This document shows, one piece after another, positions 33,301-44,516 of a DNA stretch of 64,000 nt (position 1 is its first letter; each line of letters opens with the position of its first letter). The DNA is from Minutocellus sp. GHC0000111. Taxonomy: Eukaryota. A program made the position numbers and the translations under genes. The notes under the pieces are model-generated. The model saw only the letters and a list, made by a program, of their open reading frames with translations, did not search any database and was not told the DNA's origin. The stretch covers positions 1,054,001-1,118,000 of the forward strand of contig OZ361257.1 in assembly GCA_977018835.1 (NCBI GenBank). The letters are read 5' to 3'.

Positions 33301-36300
33301 ATGCCCCCCGACCCATGGCATGCAGCCCGAGCCACCAGTCTAGCCTTTTGTGGCTTGGTACTGCTGTTATCGGTCGGATATTCGGTATGGACTCATTTAT
33401 ACCGCAGATCTCGCGTCGTCAAGGCGGGTCAGCCCTTCTTCTTGCTGATGCTCTGCTGTGGAGCAGCCATCCTCGGACTTTCCATCATCCCGACGAGTTT
33501 TGTGCTTGCTCCGTCCCATGGCACAAGGACAAGTGGTGACCAAAACCTAGGAGCTGCCTGTAGGAGCATTCCGTGGATGATTTGCATGGGGGTATTTGGT
33601 ATCTATGCGGCGCTGGCCTCCAAGATGCACCGCGCGAACAAGGTCTTCAACCAGTCCAATCGATTTCAACGGGTGCAAGTACGCGTCATTGACGGCATTG
33701 GGCCAAGTTTGATTTTTCTTGCTCTTGATTTGGTCCTTTTGATAACATGGACAGCCTCTTCGCCACTTGAGTTTGAGTACACTGACAATTCGTCGGCATG
33801 TTTCTCACCAGACGCATTGGAATACTCGGTTGTGCTGGCTTTGCTGAACCTTGGTCTGATTTGTTATGCACTCGCCGAGGCTTGGAGAGCAAGAAAAGTC
33901 GCCAATCTTTACTCGGAGAGCTCCTCGATGTTCGTTAGTATGTTCCATGTTCTATTGGCCGCAATCATTGCCATTCCGATCATTCTGCTGACGTTTTCAG
34001 GAGATAGGGACTCCGAAAGCAGTATCAACTTTGACGATTCAAAATTTGTCGTGGCGATACGTCTTTTTGCGTATGCCGCCCTTGTGTTGGTATGCTGTTG
34101 TTCCAATCTCATCCTCGTCTTTGCTCCGAAGATGAGGTCATATCGTACTCTTGAAAACGAGAAAGACGTTGAGCGTGCTGAGATCCTCCACAAACGGGGG
34201 ATGGGCAAAGCGGATGATGGCGAGTATCGGGGTGCTCTGGAGGATTTTGAGGAAGCCCTCGAGATACGTCAAACTGCACTCGGTCGTAGAAATGAAGCCA
34301 CCATCGAGACCACAAAAGCAATCACAGAACTCATTGATCACATTCGGACCGAGAGCGGAGGCATGGGCGTCCTCTCAACAGTTCCATCTTTAACGAAGAT
34401 AATCAACGGTGCAGGGGAGAAAGGAATTCGCGCAAAGAAATCCAGAAAGACAGCTGAGACGTCAACAATGATGTCTACAGCTTTCCTTAATTGCATGTCT
34501 CTTGCACCGGGAAATTCAGTAGATTCTATCACCAGCAATGATCATGTTGGTGATAGCAGCTTATCACGGAGAAGATTGAATAGAGCGATGTCAGTTGTGA
34601 CGAAGCACAATCGGACAGACCTCGCCCTGCGCAAGGCCAGGGCAGACCCCAACGTGTCGCAGTCGCACCTTGCACAATGTTTATTGGATCACGCTTCGGC
34701 ATTTGAAAAGGCGGGAAATGTTATTACAGCGTATGGTCTAGCTATTGAAGCACAGAATATCTTGAAAGCAATAGCGGAAGAAGACGAAGCAGCTGTTTTG
34801 GACGTTGCCACTTGTTGTGTCCTTCTCGGGAGAATTTGTTACCAAATGGAAGACTATGACGAGGGATATACATATCACGAGCGGGCCCTAAAAATACGAA
34901 TGAAGACAAGTGGTCTGTATACCGAACTGGTCCTCGAATCACTTGCCTACACAGCTGAAGCTCTTCTGGCAAAGGGCAATTGCGTCGAACGAGCTACTTC
35001 CTTGGCTTTTCATGCGATGGAGTACTCAAAATTGAAGCAAAATGCTGTCGAAAATATGTCTTATGCCAGAGCTCAGGGCACACTGGCAAGAGCTTATCTG
35101 TTGAACGGCCGACTCATTGAAGCTCGAAAGCTCTTCGAGGAATGTTTGGATATTTACCGATTAGACGAGTACCGAGATTACTCGAGCGGTTCAATGCTGT
35201 TGGAATATGGTAATGTTCTTTCCCAGTGTGGCGATCATGTGGAGGCGAAGGCGGTCTTTGGCCAGGCTGTTCAGATGTGCAACGAGTCGGAACAACATTT
35301 ATGTAAAGAAAGATTGAGCCAAATACCAGAAAAGGGCACTTGGCGACATTGTTTTGGCCTCAAGCACAGGCACGCGGCGCGCTTTCCTAACGTAAAGGGT
35401 CCGAGTGTGAAGGAGCCGCTAATCATTTTGACCGACATTGCTAGGGACATTGACGATGAGCTGGCCCTGAGCTTAATTGCTCCTTTAAGGAAACAAGGCT
35501 TCCTCTCGCCCGTTGCCATAATCACTACACTCCGACCAACAAAGGACCGAGCCCTATTAGCTCGTGGATTTCTCGATTCTTTCGGTTTGATCGACATCCC
35601 TATCGGCATCGGAGGTGATGGAGGCGCCAACAACGATGCCGACTTCAATGGCTCGACTTATGAAGCTTCTTCATCGCTTGATTTATCAAATGGGGGCGTC
35701 GGCATACGTCTGGACGGCATGCAGCTCATGATAGACGTCCTTAAAGCTGCTTCGCAAAAGAGCGTTCGCTTGCTATGCATCGCAAGCCTTTCCGACGCTG
35801 CCGAGCTCATCACCCGCAACGAGTCCCTATTTGCCGACCGGATGAAAGAGGTAGTAATTATGGGGGGAGCGACCATCAAATTCTCTGAAATACAGCCTGA
35901 TACAGCCTACAACAATACCTGCGACATGAAAAGTGCGCAGCTGGTTTACAAGAAATGTAAAGAATTGGGAGTTTCAACATTGACGATTACCAGACACTCC
36001 GCTTACAGCTGCTCCTTCTCAAACACACTGCTTGATGATCTGAGGGACACGGGTCACGTTGCTTCCGCAAAGATCAGAAACAACGCTCTATCTGCGCTCA
36101 ATAAGCTCTGGATAAAGATAAATTTGCCCCCCGGCGATCGAAGAAGAGAGAAGTTGCCGGCTCGTTGCGACAGACACTGGTTTCTAACAACATTTTTTAG
36201 TGACGAGGAGGCGGCCAACAACTTGCGAGAAGACGGCGATAACACATCAATTTGGGCCCAAAAAGTAATGTTTCACATGTACGACCCCCTGGCTTTGCTC

Positions 36301-36489
36301 TCCTGCATCCCGACTTTCAGGAATAAATATTTCAACGTAAAAAATTACAACATCAATGGCGTGAGTCACGGGATTTGTGGTCTATCAAACACGGACAATG
36401 GCGTTGTTGATGGCGATGCCTTATCGCAAGAAATACGATTACTGCTGACGAAGGCGCTGAAGGATTGCCTGTTGCGTTCAGAAAAATGA
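33301..36489 (+). CDS. Class C (GABA-B-like) 7TM receptor domain fused to TPR repeats and a nucleoside hydrolase-like domain
   Basis: Seven hydrophobic helices with VVKAGQPFFL, C..IPW...G...Y.AL.SK..R..KVF and VFAPK. TPRs include GEYRGALEDFEEALEIR and YTYHERALKIR. Hydrolase-like motifs are IILTDIARDIDDE, EVVIMGG, AYNN..D..SA and YDPLALL. One continuous intronless ORF with first ATG at 33301. Confidence 0.85.
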   Translation: MPPDPWHAARATSLAFCGLVLLLSVGYSVWTHLYRRSRVVKAGQPFFLLMLCCGAAILGLSIIPTSFVLAPSHGTRTSGDQNLGAACRSIPWMICMGVFGIYAALASKMHRANKVFNQSNRFQRVQVRVIDGIGPSLIFLALDLVLLITWTASSPLEFEYTDNSSACFSPDALEYSVVLALLNLGLICYALAEAWRARKVANLYSESSSMFVSMFHVLLAAIIAIPIILLTFSGDRDSESSINFDDSKFVVAIRLFAYAALVLVCCCSNLILVFAPKMRSYRTLENEKDVERAEILHKRGMGKADDGEYRGALEDFEEALEIRQTALGRRNEATIETTKAITELIDHIRTESGGMGVLSTVPSLTKIINGAGEKGIRAKKSRKTAETSTMMSTAFLNCMSLAPGNSVDSITSNDHVGDSSLSRRRLNRAMSVVTKHNRTDLALRKARADPNVSQSHLAQCLLDHASAFEKAGNVITAYGLAIEAQNILKAIAEEDEAAVLDVATCCVLLGRICYQMEDYDEGYTYHERALKIRMKTSGLYTELVLESLAYTAEALLAKGNCVERATSLAFHAMEYSKLKQNAVENMSYARAQGTLARAYLLNGRLIEARKLFEECLDIYRLDEYRDYSSGSMLLEYGNVLSQCGDHVEAKAVFGQAVQMCNESEQHLCKERLSQIPEKGTWRHCFGLKHRHAARFPNVKGPSVKEPLIILTDIARDIDDELALSLIAPLRKQGFLSPVAIITTLRPTKDRALLARGFLDSFGLIDIPIGIGGDGGANNDADFNGSTYEASSSLDLSNGGVGIRLDGMQLMIDVLKAASQKSVRLLCIASLSDAAELITRNESLFADRMKEVVIMGGATIKFSEIQPDTAYNNTCDMKSAQLVYKKCKELGVSTLTITRHSAYSCSFSNTLLDDLRDTGHVASAKIRNNALSALNKLWIKINLPPGDRRREKLPARCDRHWFLTTFFSDEEAANNLREDGDNTSIWAQKVMFHMYDPLALLSCIPTFRNKYFNVKNYNINGVSHGICGLSNTDNGVVDGDALSQEIRLLLTKALKDCLLRSEK

Positions 36490-36615
36490 AACGAAACAGC
36501 GTTGTTAAAAATCATTGCTACATTACAAATACTTCACTATCTCCTCCGTTTGAATAATTCAATTTCGTACGTGTACCAAATACGCTTATGCGTGATGGGA
36601 GACGTTACCTTTCAC

Positions 36616-37917
36616 TCAAAAATGCCGAACAACCTCTGATTTGCTCTTCTCCACGTCCCGCTTTGCCGCGAGGATCGACGCCTCAAATATCTCAACCTTG
36701 ATGTCTGCCAGGAGGCTGCTATAATTGAATGCACATTCCGGATTTAGATTCCCCGCACGAATTCCTTTCGCAGCGTCTGGTCTCAAAGTAGCAATGGGGC
36801 CCGCAAGAGTTGTCATCCATGACCTTGATACGGCCTCGATGCACCGAGTGCGAAGAGAGGCGTCCGCCCCCTCATCCAGGACTTGCGGGTATTTCAGGCC
36901 CCAATTGAGGAAGAAGAAGGCTTCATCAGGACATATTATGGGCATAATCTGTGGATGGGTCAGCATGAATAACATTTCGTCCGATATGGCACTACCGTCA
37001 GTGAAGCGCATGAATTGTGCCACCTTCGAGCTGAGGAATTCACTCTCAACCTCTAAATGAGGGGAGGAGAGAACCTCCTTGAACATTTTGGCGGGAAGTT
37101 GAGCTATAACAGTCATGTCCATCCTACCAAAGTTCTCTGCCATAAGCTGGACGGCCTTCTTTTGAACGTCTTCGTCCAATACCAAATCGGCCTCGGACAA
37201 GTATGTCGGAGCAGTCTTGAGATTCAAATCGCTTTCGACGAAGTCATCTGTCTTCTTGTAGAGCGCTCGAACGTCGAAATGATTGGCCAAATGTTTGAGT
37301 GCCAACACATTTCTCGTTGTTAACTGAAGAGTGTCAGAATAGACATAGTCCAAGAATTCGGGGAACAGCGCAGCAACTCGAGATGGCAGATACACCTCCG
37401 TGTTGGGATCGGTAACGTCAGCTTGCTCGTCCTCGTCAAATTTGGCAGCGAGGAATTTGCTCCGGCGAGGACCGTGGCCGACCTCCGACTTGTGAATGTG
37501 GTAGACTGCCGACTCCTTCCCGTCAAAGACAACGATGGTCCAATCGCTGAGACTGATGTTGGGGTTCTGCCGCCAATCCAATTTGAAGGTAAAGTCGGCC
37601 TGTGGACCCTGCTTGTCGCCGCAGTTCAACGACTTGGGAATGGCGTTGCCAACTTCGGCGCACTGGAATTGGCTGGTATCGATTCCCGAAATCTTCCGCT
37701 CGAACTCCGTCGTCACTTCCTTGCCCATGTCTTCGGCTTTGGCCATGACATCCTTCATCGAGCCCATGAGGCCCTCGAACGCATTGGCCATCTCGGCACC
37801 AAGACCAACGTCAAACTCGGACGACGAGTCAGAGGAGCAGCTGGTGGGAGATACCGGCCGACGGCCACGGCCACCACGATGGTAGCGACGGTGCGCACGA
37901 TCCCTGTGCCGCACCAT
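36616..37917 (-). CDS. BTB/POZ-domain protein
   Basis: SDWTIVV...YHIHK...GPRRSKFL...FPEFLDYVY...LANHFDV. Confidence 0.85.
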   Translation of the reverse strand: MVRHRDRAHRRYHRGGRGRRPVSPTSCSSDSSSEFDVGLGAEMANAFEGLMGSMKDVMAKAEDMGKEVTTEFERKISGIDTSQFQCAEVGNAIPKSLNCGDKQGPQADFTFKLDWRQNPNISLSDWTIVVFDGKESAVYHIHKSEVGHGPRRSKFLAAKFDEDEQADVTDPNTEVYLPSRVAALFPEFLDYVYSDTLQLTTRNVLALKHLANHFDVRALYKKTDDFVESDLNLKTAPTYLSEADLVLDEDVQKKAVQLMAENFGRMDMTVIAQLPAKMFKEVLSSPHLEVESEFLSSKVAQFMRFTDGSAISDEMLFMLTHPQIMPIICPDEAFFFLNWGLKYPQVLDEGADASLRTRCIEAVSRSWMTTLAGPIATLRPDAAKGIRAGNLNPECAFNYSSLLADIKVEIFEASILAAKRDVEKSKSEVVRHF

Positions 37918-38198
37918 CAGCCCAACACGTTGAGCGTGTATTTGCGATACTCTTGGTGAGTGAGTACCTGTATCTTGGTGGTCGGGCGGAGGTCGGAGGG
38001 AGACGGCGTTTGCTGGAGTTTTTGTTGCTTAAAAGCAATGTGTTTCGGCGACCGGCGACAAGTAGCGTCCGGGTGCTTTCTGATTTGCATGTGCATCGAA
38101 GGTTAGTGATTTTTCCGCGTTTCCTTGCAACGAGCGCAGAAGGTGCACAAAGTTGGAAAAGCAGGCAGAGCGAGAGTGAGTGAGTCGAGTCCACCACC

Positions 38199-38639
38199 AT
38201 GAGCCAAGGCAATCTATTTCAGGGGAACAACGGCGATCCAGAGGCGATGGAGCACCCATTCTTTCAGCCGGAGACAAATGATGCCAATTCGCCTTTTGAT
38301 GTTCAGTCAGTGAGCGACAATTTCTTTGGCGAGGCTGCTGCTGATGATGGTGGCGACGATGTGCACTCGCCATCCTCGGCGATACGCACCGGTTATGTCC
38401 TCATTGGAGTTGGCGTCATGGGCCTACTTATATTCGTCACCCTGATCATCATGTGGTCTCGCGATCGGTCACTTCATGGAACGAAAAGAAAGTACGATGG
38501 ACAGAGCAAACGAAAAGTCGCACCACTGGAATTCCCAGAAAGTCCAAGAGTGGTGATTGTAGAAGAAGAGGAAGTAGACGACGATGCAGATGGAGGGGAC
38601 GGCCCAAACAATGGTCATAATCAGATGCAAATTGTATAA
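38199..38639 (+). CDS. Small single-pass membrane protein, hypothetical
   Basis: 146-aa ORF with a good start context (accaccATG), one TM helix (YVLIGVGVMGLLIFVTLIIMW) and an acidic tail. Confidence 0.6.
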   Translation: MSQGNLFQGNNGDPEAMEHPFFQPETNDANSPFDVQSVSDNFFGEAAADDGGDDVHSPSSAIRTGYVLIGVGVMGLLIFVTLIIMWSRDRSLHGTKRKYDGQSKRKVAPLEFPESPRVVIVEEEEVDDDADGGDGPNNGHNQMQIV

Positions 38640-39027
38640 TAGGAAGGATGTTGAAAGTATCTTTGGGTTGAGAGATAATTTGCATTGAACAAGCGGCACT
38701 GTAGTCAGGGTTGAAGGCAATTTTTGTCCATAATAAATGTAACAAGTAGAGAGAAAAAGACATCAAAACAGTATATTTTGAAAAGATGGGGGTCGTCTAT
38801 GCAATATTCTGTTTACTATGAGTATGAATTGTCCGCTGTTAAGCTCCGCCGCTCATATGTGCATTTATAAGAGTGCGGCGATAGCCTCTTCTCCAATATT
38901 CTACAGGTCGTTTTGCTTCTCTCCAAAACCTTCTCTCTCTGTAATCACGACTGATATGTTCAAATGGCCACGAGATATGTATACCGTATTCACTTTTGAA
39001 TGGTACAATATCTGCCGACTTGAATCG

Positions 39028-39886
39028 CTATTCTGGTATTGTTGGAAGAGCACTAAAGGTGATAGCCGCCACAGTCGAGCTTTCGATGCTATCATCGCGA
39101 ATATCATGTTGTTCTTCTTCCTCACTCATTGGTGGTTGCTCTTCATCAATGGCACTGGCATTGCCATTATCATTTCCATTTATGCCGATGATATCATTCT
39201 CTCCGTTGTTGACATCAGTAACAGCATCATTGTGCCGTTGTGCTCGCGGCTCTGGTGTCTCTGCTGGTGCTGGCGCGATTTTGCGTTTATTTCCGCGATG
39301 ATGAATACTTCTTTGCCCACTACCCGACGCGAACTCTCTCCGTGACCGGTTCTTGCAAATCATCATGAGAATGTAGAGAAATGCCACCAGGCCTACTGCC
39401 ACTCCAGTACTTGTTGCCTTAGCGCCACCACCGCCGCGGTTAGCATTGTCATTCGTGTTGCTATCGATGTCTTTTTCCTCAGGCAGTGCTCCTTCAGTCG
39501 ATGAAGATGAAGTAGAAGCAAAAAAGTTGGGCTTTTCGTAATCAATTAGCTCCTGGGGAGCAATTGGTTGCATTTGGTGGACGCTATCTAATCGACGCAG
39601 ATGCATTTTGATTCGTTTGGGAGGGTAGGTGGAGATTCGTTGCTTCCTTCGCCCAAGTGAGAAAAGTTCGGGAAGAATGAGGTTCGTTCCCTCAGACAAC
39701 GCAGAAAAATGGCCTGTGCAGTAAGAGATAGATCAAACTCTGGGAGAGGAGATTGGTCTTGCTATTGATATTCAGCTGTAGCAAAAGAATCGATTTCACG
39801 CCCTCAACGATAGAAATGAGTTCTGGCTCTCGCCCTTTTATTTCCTCACCATCTTGGAACCGTAACCGAGAGTGGTGTTCCACCAC
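39028..39886 (-). CDS. Hypothetical single-pass membrane protein, start uncertain
   Basis: ORF 39028-39699 has a TM helix (GVAVGLVAFLYILMMI) and an acidic tail. It may join ORF 39692-39886 through a 1-nt shift in the A5 run at 39705-39709. Confidence 0.45.
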
Positions 39887-40094
39887 GTGTTGTCAACTTC
39901 CGCCAAATTTTGAGAAGTTGTGACGCTACGCGCAAAAAGACCTTCTCACGTCAGCCCTGGTGTCAAATACGTACTTTGACTTCGCTCTCGCCGGCCGGCC
40001 CCGGCCCCACGGCCACGGGGAGTGCTGACAACCTAAAGACATAGCAAGCCAAGCCAGTAAGGTTCTACTTACTCTGCTGCACTTCCTAGAACTG

Positions 40095-41336
40095 ATGCCC
40101 AATCCTGATTACACAACCGAGCTCACCCCGCTTCGATATACCGGAGCAGAGCCCCCCTCTCATCGACCGAAGTCATGCTGCACCAAACTCGGCGAAATTC
40201 TCTCCGCTTACTCATTCCTATTCCTCGTTGCAACGACGATCCTGCTGGCATATTTTTACCCACCACTCGGAGCAATATATCTATATCCCTCTATCACGTC
40301 GAATTGGATTGCTGTTTTGTTCATATTCCTAATGGCAGGCCTGTCCATGAAGACGGAGGAATTGCAGAGGGCGTTCGTTTCATTTCCATTCAATGCCTTC
40401 GTGCAGACTTTCAACTTCCTCGTTGTATCAGGACTGGTCTACGGCTACATAAATCTCGTCAATATATTGGGAGGAAATGGGCGGCTCATACAACCCGATA
40501 TGGCGAACGCCATGATGATTTGTGCATCCATGCCGATAACTGTGACGATGGTGATTGTAATGGTAAAGAGTGCCGACGGTGATTCGGCCTCGGCTGTCTT
40601 CAATGCAGCCCTTGGGTCGCTGTTGGGTGTATTTGTGAGCCCTGGGCTGATCCTGGCTTATACTGGTATTAGTGGCAGTGTCAATCTTGCGTCGGTATTC
40701 ATCAAGCTATCGCTCAAGGTTGTTCTACCCATCGCTATTGGGCAGGTGCTCCATTTGTTCTCCAATTCTGCAATGGACTTTGTCCACGCGCAAAAGAAAC
40801 ATTTCAAGGTTATGCAAGAATATTCCCTCGTCTACATTGTATATTGTGTGTTTTGCCGGACCTTTACGAATGCTTCGAACTCGCCTGTGGAGATTTCAGT
40901 GTCTGGCGTCTTATTCATGGCCGCATCGCAGCTTCTACTACTTCTCATCTCAATAACACTTGCATGGTTTTGCTTGCAGATGTTGTTTGGTGACAACCCT
41001 CGGCTCTGTATCACTGGATTATACGGTTGTCATGAAAAAACAGTGGTGGTTGGTATTCCACTCATAAACGCAATGTTTGGACATTCACCTAATGTGGGCA
41101 TTTTCACCCTGCCGCTGTTGATTTGGCATCCTCTTCAATTGATCGTTGGGAGTGCACTTGCTCCGAGACTAGCCAAAAGTGTTGAAGGTATTGAAGGAGG
41201 AGAAAGCACGGATGCGCAACGGCGGGACAACGAATTAAGAGCGAGTCAAGAAGCGCTGGCCCGAGTTTCACTTGTTGCATGGGATGATACCATTGACGTG
41301 CGAGAATTGCTGGGTGAGGAGCAGAGGATAATATGA
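40095..41336 (+). CDS. SLC10A7: Sodium/bile acid cotransporter 7-like (SBF-like family) transporter
   Basis: About 10 TM helices with IFLMAGLSMKTEEL, MPIT, AVFNAALGSLLGVFVSP, KTVVVGIPLI and PLLIWHPLQL. Confidence 0.88.
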   Translation: MPNPDYTTELTPLRYTGAEPPSHRPKSCCTKLGEILSAYSFLFLVATTILLAYFYPPLGAIYLYPSITSNWIAVLFIFLMAGLSMKTEELQRAFVSFPFNAFVQTFNFLVVSGLVYGYINLVNILGGNGRLIQPDMANAMMICASMPITVTMVIVMVKSADGDSASAVFNAALGSLLGVFVSPGLILAYTGISGSVNLASVFIKLSLKVVLPIAIGQVLHLFSNSAMDFVHAQKKHFKVMQEYSLVYIVYCVFCRTFTNASNSPVEISVSGVLFMAASQLLLLLISITLAWFCLQMLFGDNPRLCITGLYGCHEKTVVVGIPLINAMFGHSPNVGIFTLPLLIWHPLQLIVGSALAPRLAKSVEGIEGGESTDAQRRDNELRASQEALARVSLVAWDDTIDVRELLGEEQRII

Positions 41337-41521
41337 ATACCAATTGGTAATAACGACATAGTCTCATTACTTAGTAGATCTAGCTTGAGCTGCAGGCAAA
41401 TAAGGTTCTACTAGCTAGAGTGATAAGGGTAATAATCAGTTCTATGCTGAGTTAGAAGTCACAGGCAATTAATTCTAATTTTTGATAATTGATGTTAGAT
41501 CTACTGCTTCTGATGAAGTAA

Positions 41522-43978
41522 TTACTCCTCTTCCTTTTTCGCTTTCTTCTTCTTGCGTTTGCGCTTCTTCTTGCCGCTTGGCCTCTCTTCGTTGTTGTCA
41601 TCAATATCATCATCCTCTCCGGCATCCTCTCCAGCTTTGTCGTCGCTCTTTCTTGAGCTCTCGGCAGCATCGACATCTATGACGTCTTCTACCAGTTCCT
41701 TTAAAATTTCCTCTTTTCTGGCCTGTTTTCTAACTTCTTCCTTCCATGTGTCTTCGCCTTCCATGAATTCCTTCACGGCGCACGTTGCCATGACCTTTCG
41801 ACCCATGGCATTTCCACCCAGTCGGTTGATACCCCGCGCAAGCTCACATGCCAAAGTGGCCTTGTCGTCGAGGGACGTCAGAGCACGGAATAGATTTTGG
41901 ACAAAATGATGCCCAACGCGCTCGACAGAGAGAGCAACCCAGCGACCACTCAGTTTCTCCAAAAGCTGCCGAAGGGCCTTTTGCTTCTTTTCGTTATTAC
42001 CTTCAGTGATGGCGTCCATAATGCATCTGCTACCAAGTCCATCGTTGGCAATCCATTCCAGCTCCTGAGCGCTAAAGCCCTTGGTAATACCGTCTAGTGC
42101 GTCGCGACAAAGCTTAGGAGGAAAGTGGAGGATATGGTAAATAGTTCGAGCACCGGCAACGTCCAACATGGCGCGCCCACCTTCCTTTTCGGGAGCCTTG
42201 AGACCAATCAAGAGTGGGACACATTCCTTGAAGCTCAAAAGTGCCCCCTCTTCCTCTCGTTTGCGCTTCTTATGTCTCATTTTCTTACCGTCCATACCTT
42301 CACTTGTATCTGCACCCACTTCAGTCTCCTTATTGCTCCCACTCTCGTCATTATTATTGCCAGCCAAGGCTGTAAACCCAACTCGAATGGCATGAAGGAG
42401 CCCATCTTGTCCAACGTTGTACTTGGCGCACATCTCAGATGCTCTCCATAGAAGCCCACCACGACGATTCGATTTGTTCAAAATGTATCCCGATGATACC
42501 AGAGGTTCGAGGCACTTCAATAATTCATCAGCCTGTTGCCTTGATCGGATGGTAACAAAGAGCGACTGCATGACAAAGTTGGAAACATTGTGCTCAGCAT
42601 ATTCTCGGAAGGCTGCCACGTCGTAGAAGCGTCCAGCACGGCAGATCTCATCGAAGAAGCCATCGTCGGATGATCGAAGGATGCTCTCGAGGACGTGAGA
42701 CCCTCGTGGCTCGCCTGAAAGCCCAAAGACAACATCACCGGCATATGGCTGCTTGGTGGCGTCATCAATCTGCTCGTCCCAACACAATATGGCCTTGGCA
42801 AAGTTCGATGCGGCGGAGTCAGGTGCAAAGGTCGGCTCGGGAGGGACAATACCCAGTCGATGATCAGACATGCTCTTATTGTCACCTGCCTCCTGCTTTT
42901 TGAGCGTCTTCTTCTTTCGAACGTCGGCCGACGAATGAGTGAGGACCCTCAAAAGCACCGCAAGGAGCGGCCCGGCTGACGGATGACACGCGAGCTTTTG
43001 CAACTCGCTGGGACCACCAGGTCGCACTCCTCCATCGACGCTGCCATTTAGAGTCGTAATGGCCTGTCGCAACGCATCCTTCACGCTGGTACTGTCAATA
43101 TCGATGCGAGAACACGCAATGGGCTGCATCAAATCATTGCCAGCACCACCGCCACCACCAGCGGCCGCCTCGCTCTCCTCCATCTGTGGATTCCTTCTCT
43201 TCTTTTTCTTCTTGTTCTTGGCCTTGGGATCCTTGGCCTTGCCCCGGCGGGTGCCGCCAAGCTGAAGACGGCCGGCACCACCAGCATCGCCGCGGGAGGA
43301 TACCAGTTCCACCCCGCCCAGCACACAGAGGAGGGTCCGAAGAACATGACTGCCACACACATGGACGGCGAGCTCTCTGGAATGAGGGAGGAGCTCGTCA
43401 GCTGCGGCCAAAATCAGTTCTGTCACAGATGGAAGATCAGCATCGTCGCCATCGGCATCATCGTCCACATCCTCCGTCAGCCACTTTGCCGTGGCGGCGG
43501 CGGTGTCCTTATCCTCGCCACTGCCACCCGCCGCAGCTGCGCAGCTCAGAATCGTCTGAACGACGTGACTGCCGAACCGATGGCAGGCCAGATGCAAATG
43601 ATATCCTGCCAGGCCGGCCAAAAGGCGTCGGGCCGCCCGGTCGCTCCGTCCCATCGACGGAGATGTCGTGACGCGGGCGATGGTCTCGATGATCTGCGAC
43701 CCGTGCTCGTCGCAGGAGAGGGAGGCCAGCTCCTTCTCGATCTCCGACAGGGCTGCATGGGCGGCCGCTAGTGATTGGGGATATTCGACCTCCTCCTCCT
43801 CCTCACGTGCTCGGGTTGCCTCCTGACGCTTCTTCTTGGCTTCGAGGTATGTGGAGATTTCGTGCTCGGCCGATGCCTCGTCCAGGGGCAAAGAGCGAAG
43901 ATACGCCACCGACTGCGGATCGGACCGCCGGGGACGGTTGTAGTCGTTCTGGTCGTAGTTATCGCCGTAGCTGGCCAT
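41522..43978 (-). CDS. NOP9: Nucleolar protein 9 (Pumilio/PUF-repeat 40S biogenesis factor)
   Basis: PUF repeats HRFGSHVVQTIL, HVCGSHVLRTLL, PRGSHVLESIL, NVSNFVMQSL and RVGHHFVQNLF, plus a Lys-rich tail. Confidence 0.85.
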   Translation of the reverse strand: MASYGDNYDQNDYNRPRRSDPQSVAYLRSLPLDEASAEHEISTYLEAKKKRQEATRAREEEEEVEYPQSLAAAHAALSEIEKELASLSCDEHGSQIIETIARVTTSPSMGRSDRAARRLLAGLAGYHLHLACHRFGSHVVQTILSCAAAAGGSGEDKDTAAATAKWLTEDVDDDADGDDADLPSVTELILAAADELLPHSRELAVHVCGSHVLRTLLCVLGGVELVSSRGDAGGAGRLQLGGTRRGKAKDPKAKNKKKKKRRNPQMEESEAAAGGGGGAGNDLMQPIACSRIDIDSTSVKDALRQAITTLNGSVDGGVRPGGPSELQKLACHPSAGPLLAVLLRVLTHSSADVRKKKTLKKQEAGDNKSMSDHRLGIVPPEPTFAPDSAASNFAKAILCWDEQIDDATKQPYAGDVVFGLSGEPRGSHVLESILRSSDDGFFDEICRAGRFYDVAAFREYAEHNVSNFVMQSLFVTIRSRQQADELLKCLEPLVSSGYILNKSNRRGGLLWRASEMCAKYNVGQDGLLHAIRVGFTALAGNNNDESGSNKETEVGADTSEGMDGKKMRHKKRKREEEGALLSFKECVPLLIGLKAPEKEGGRAMLDVAGARTIYHILHFPPKLCRDALDGITKGFSAQELEWIANDGLGSRCIMDAITEGNNEKKQKALRQLLEKLSGRWVALSVERVGHHFVQNLFRALTSLDDKATLACELARGINRLGGNAMGRKVMATCAVKEFMEGEDTWKEEVRKQARKEEILKELVEDVIDVDAAESSRKSDDKAGEDAGEDDDIDDNNEERPSGKKKRKRKKKKAKKEEE

Positions 43979-44516
43979 TGTTCGTCCTACTTTTGGATGT
44001 GATGGGACGCAAACTGAAGCAAAAGTGAAAGTGAAATGGTAAAATTGGTGGACGAGAGAGAGAGCAGGCTCTTTTTTGGGTTCCTATAGTTTCCTGTACG
44101 AAAAAGTGAGGTCACGGCACCGAACGGTCAGCCGCCGCCTCGCCGGGGGGGGGGCGGGCGGGCCGCCGCGCGCGCGGCCAGCCAGCCATCGCCATGCCCT
44201 CAAATTCCTGGCCTCGGTGCTCTTACGCGAAGTCAGTCAACAAAGGGCAGTTACGTGAGGCACCCATAATATCTGCCTACTTGACGCCCCTTGATAACGA
44301 GGGGAGGTATCTCAAGTAGGCGGGGCCAGGACACCTCAAGATACGCCTCGTTTTTTTGCCGAGTTTTCGGCTGGACCCGCACGTCTGATCAGGCCGAATC
44401 TCTTGGATCCGCTCCCTCCTTCAAACGTGAGGGATACTTACATGTATCGGTTTGGGCCACAGTAAGGATACTGGCGCTTGACTTGCACATCTCAGCATAG
44501 CAATCATTATTTCGCA

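Noticed and set aside
44275..44321. Small hairpin GCCTACTTGA/TCAAGTAGGC in the Nop9-Roco divergent promoter
   Set aside because: The 10-bp arms are too short to call an element or RNA without further copies.
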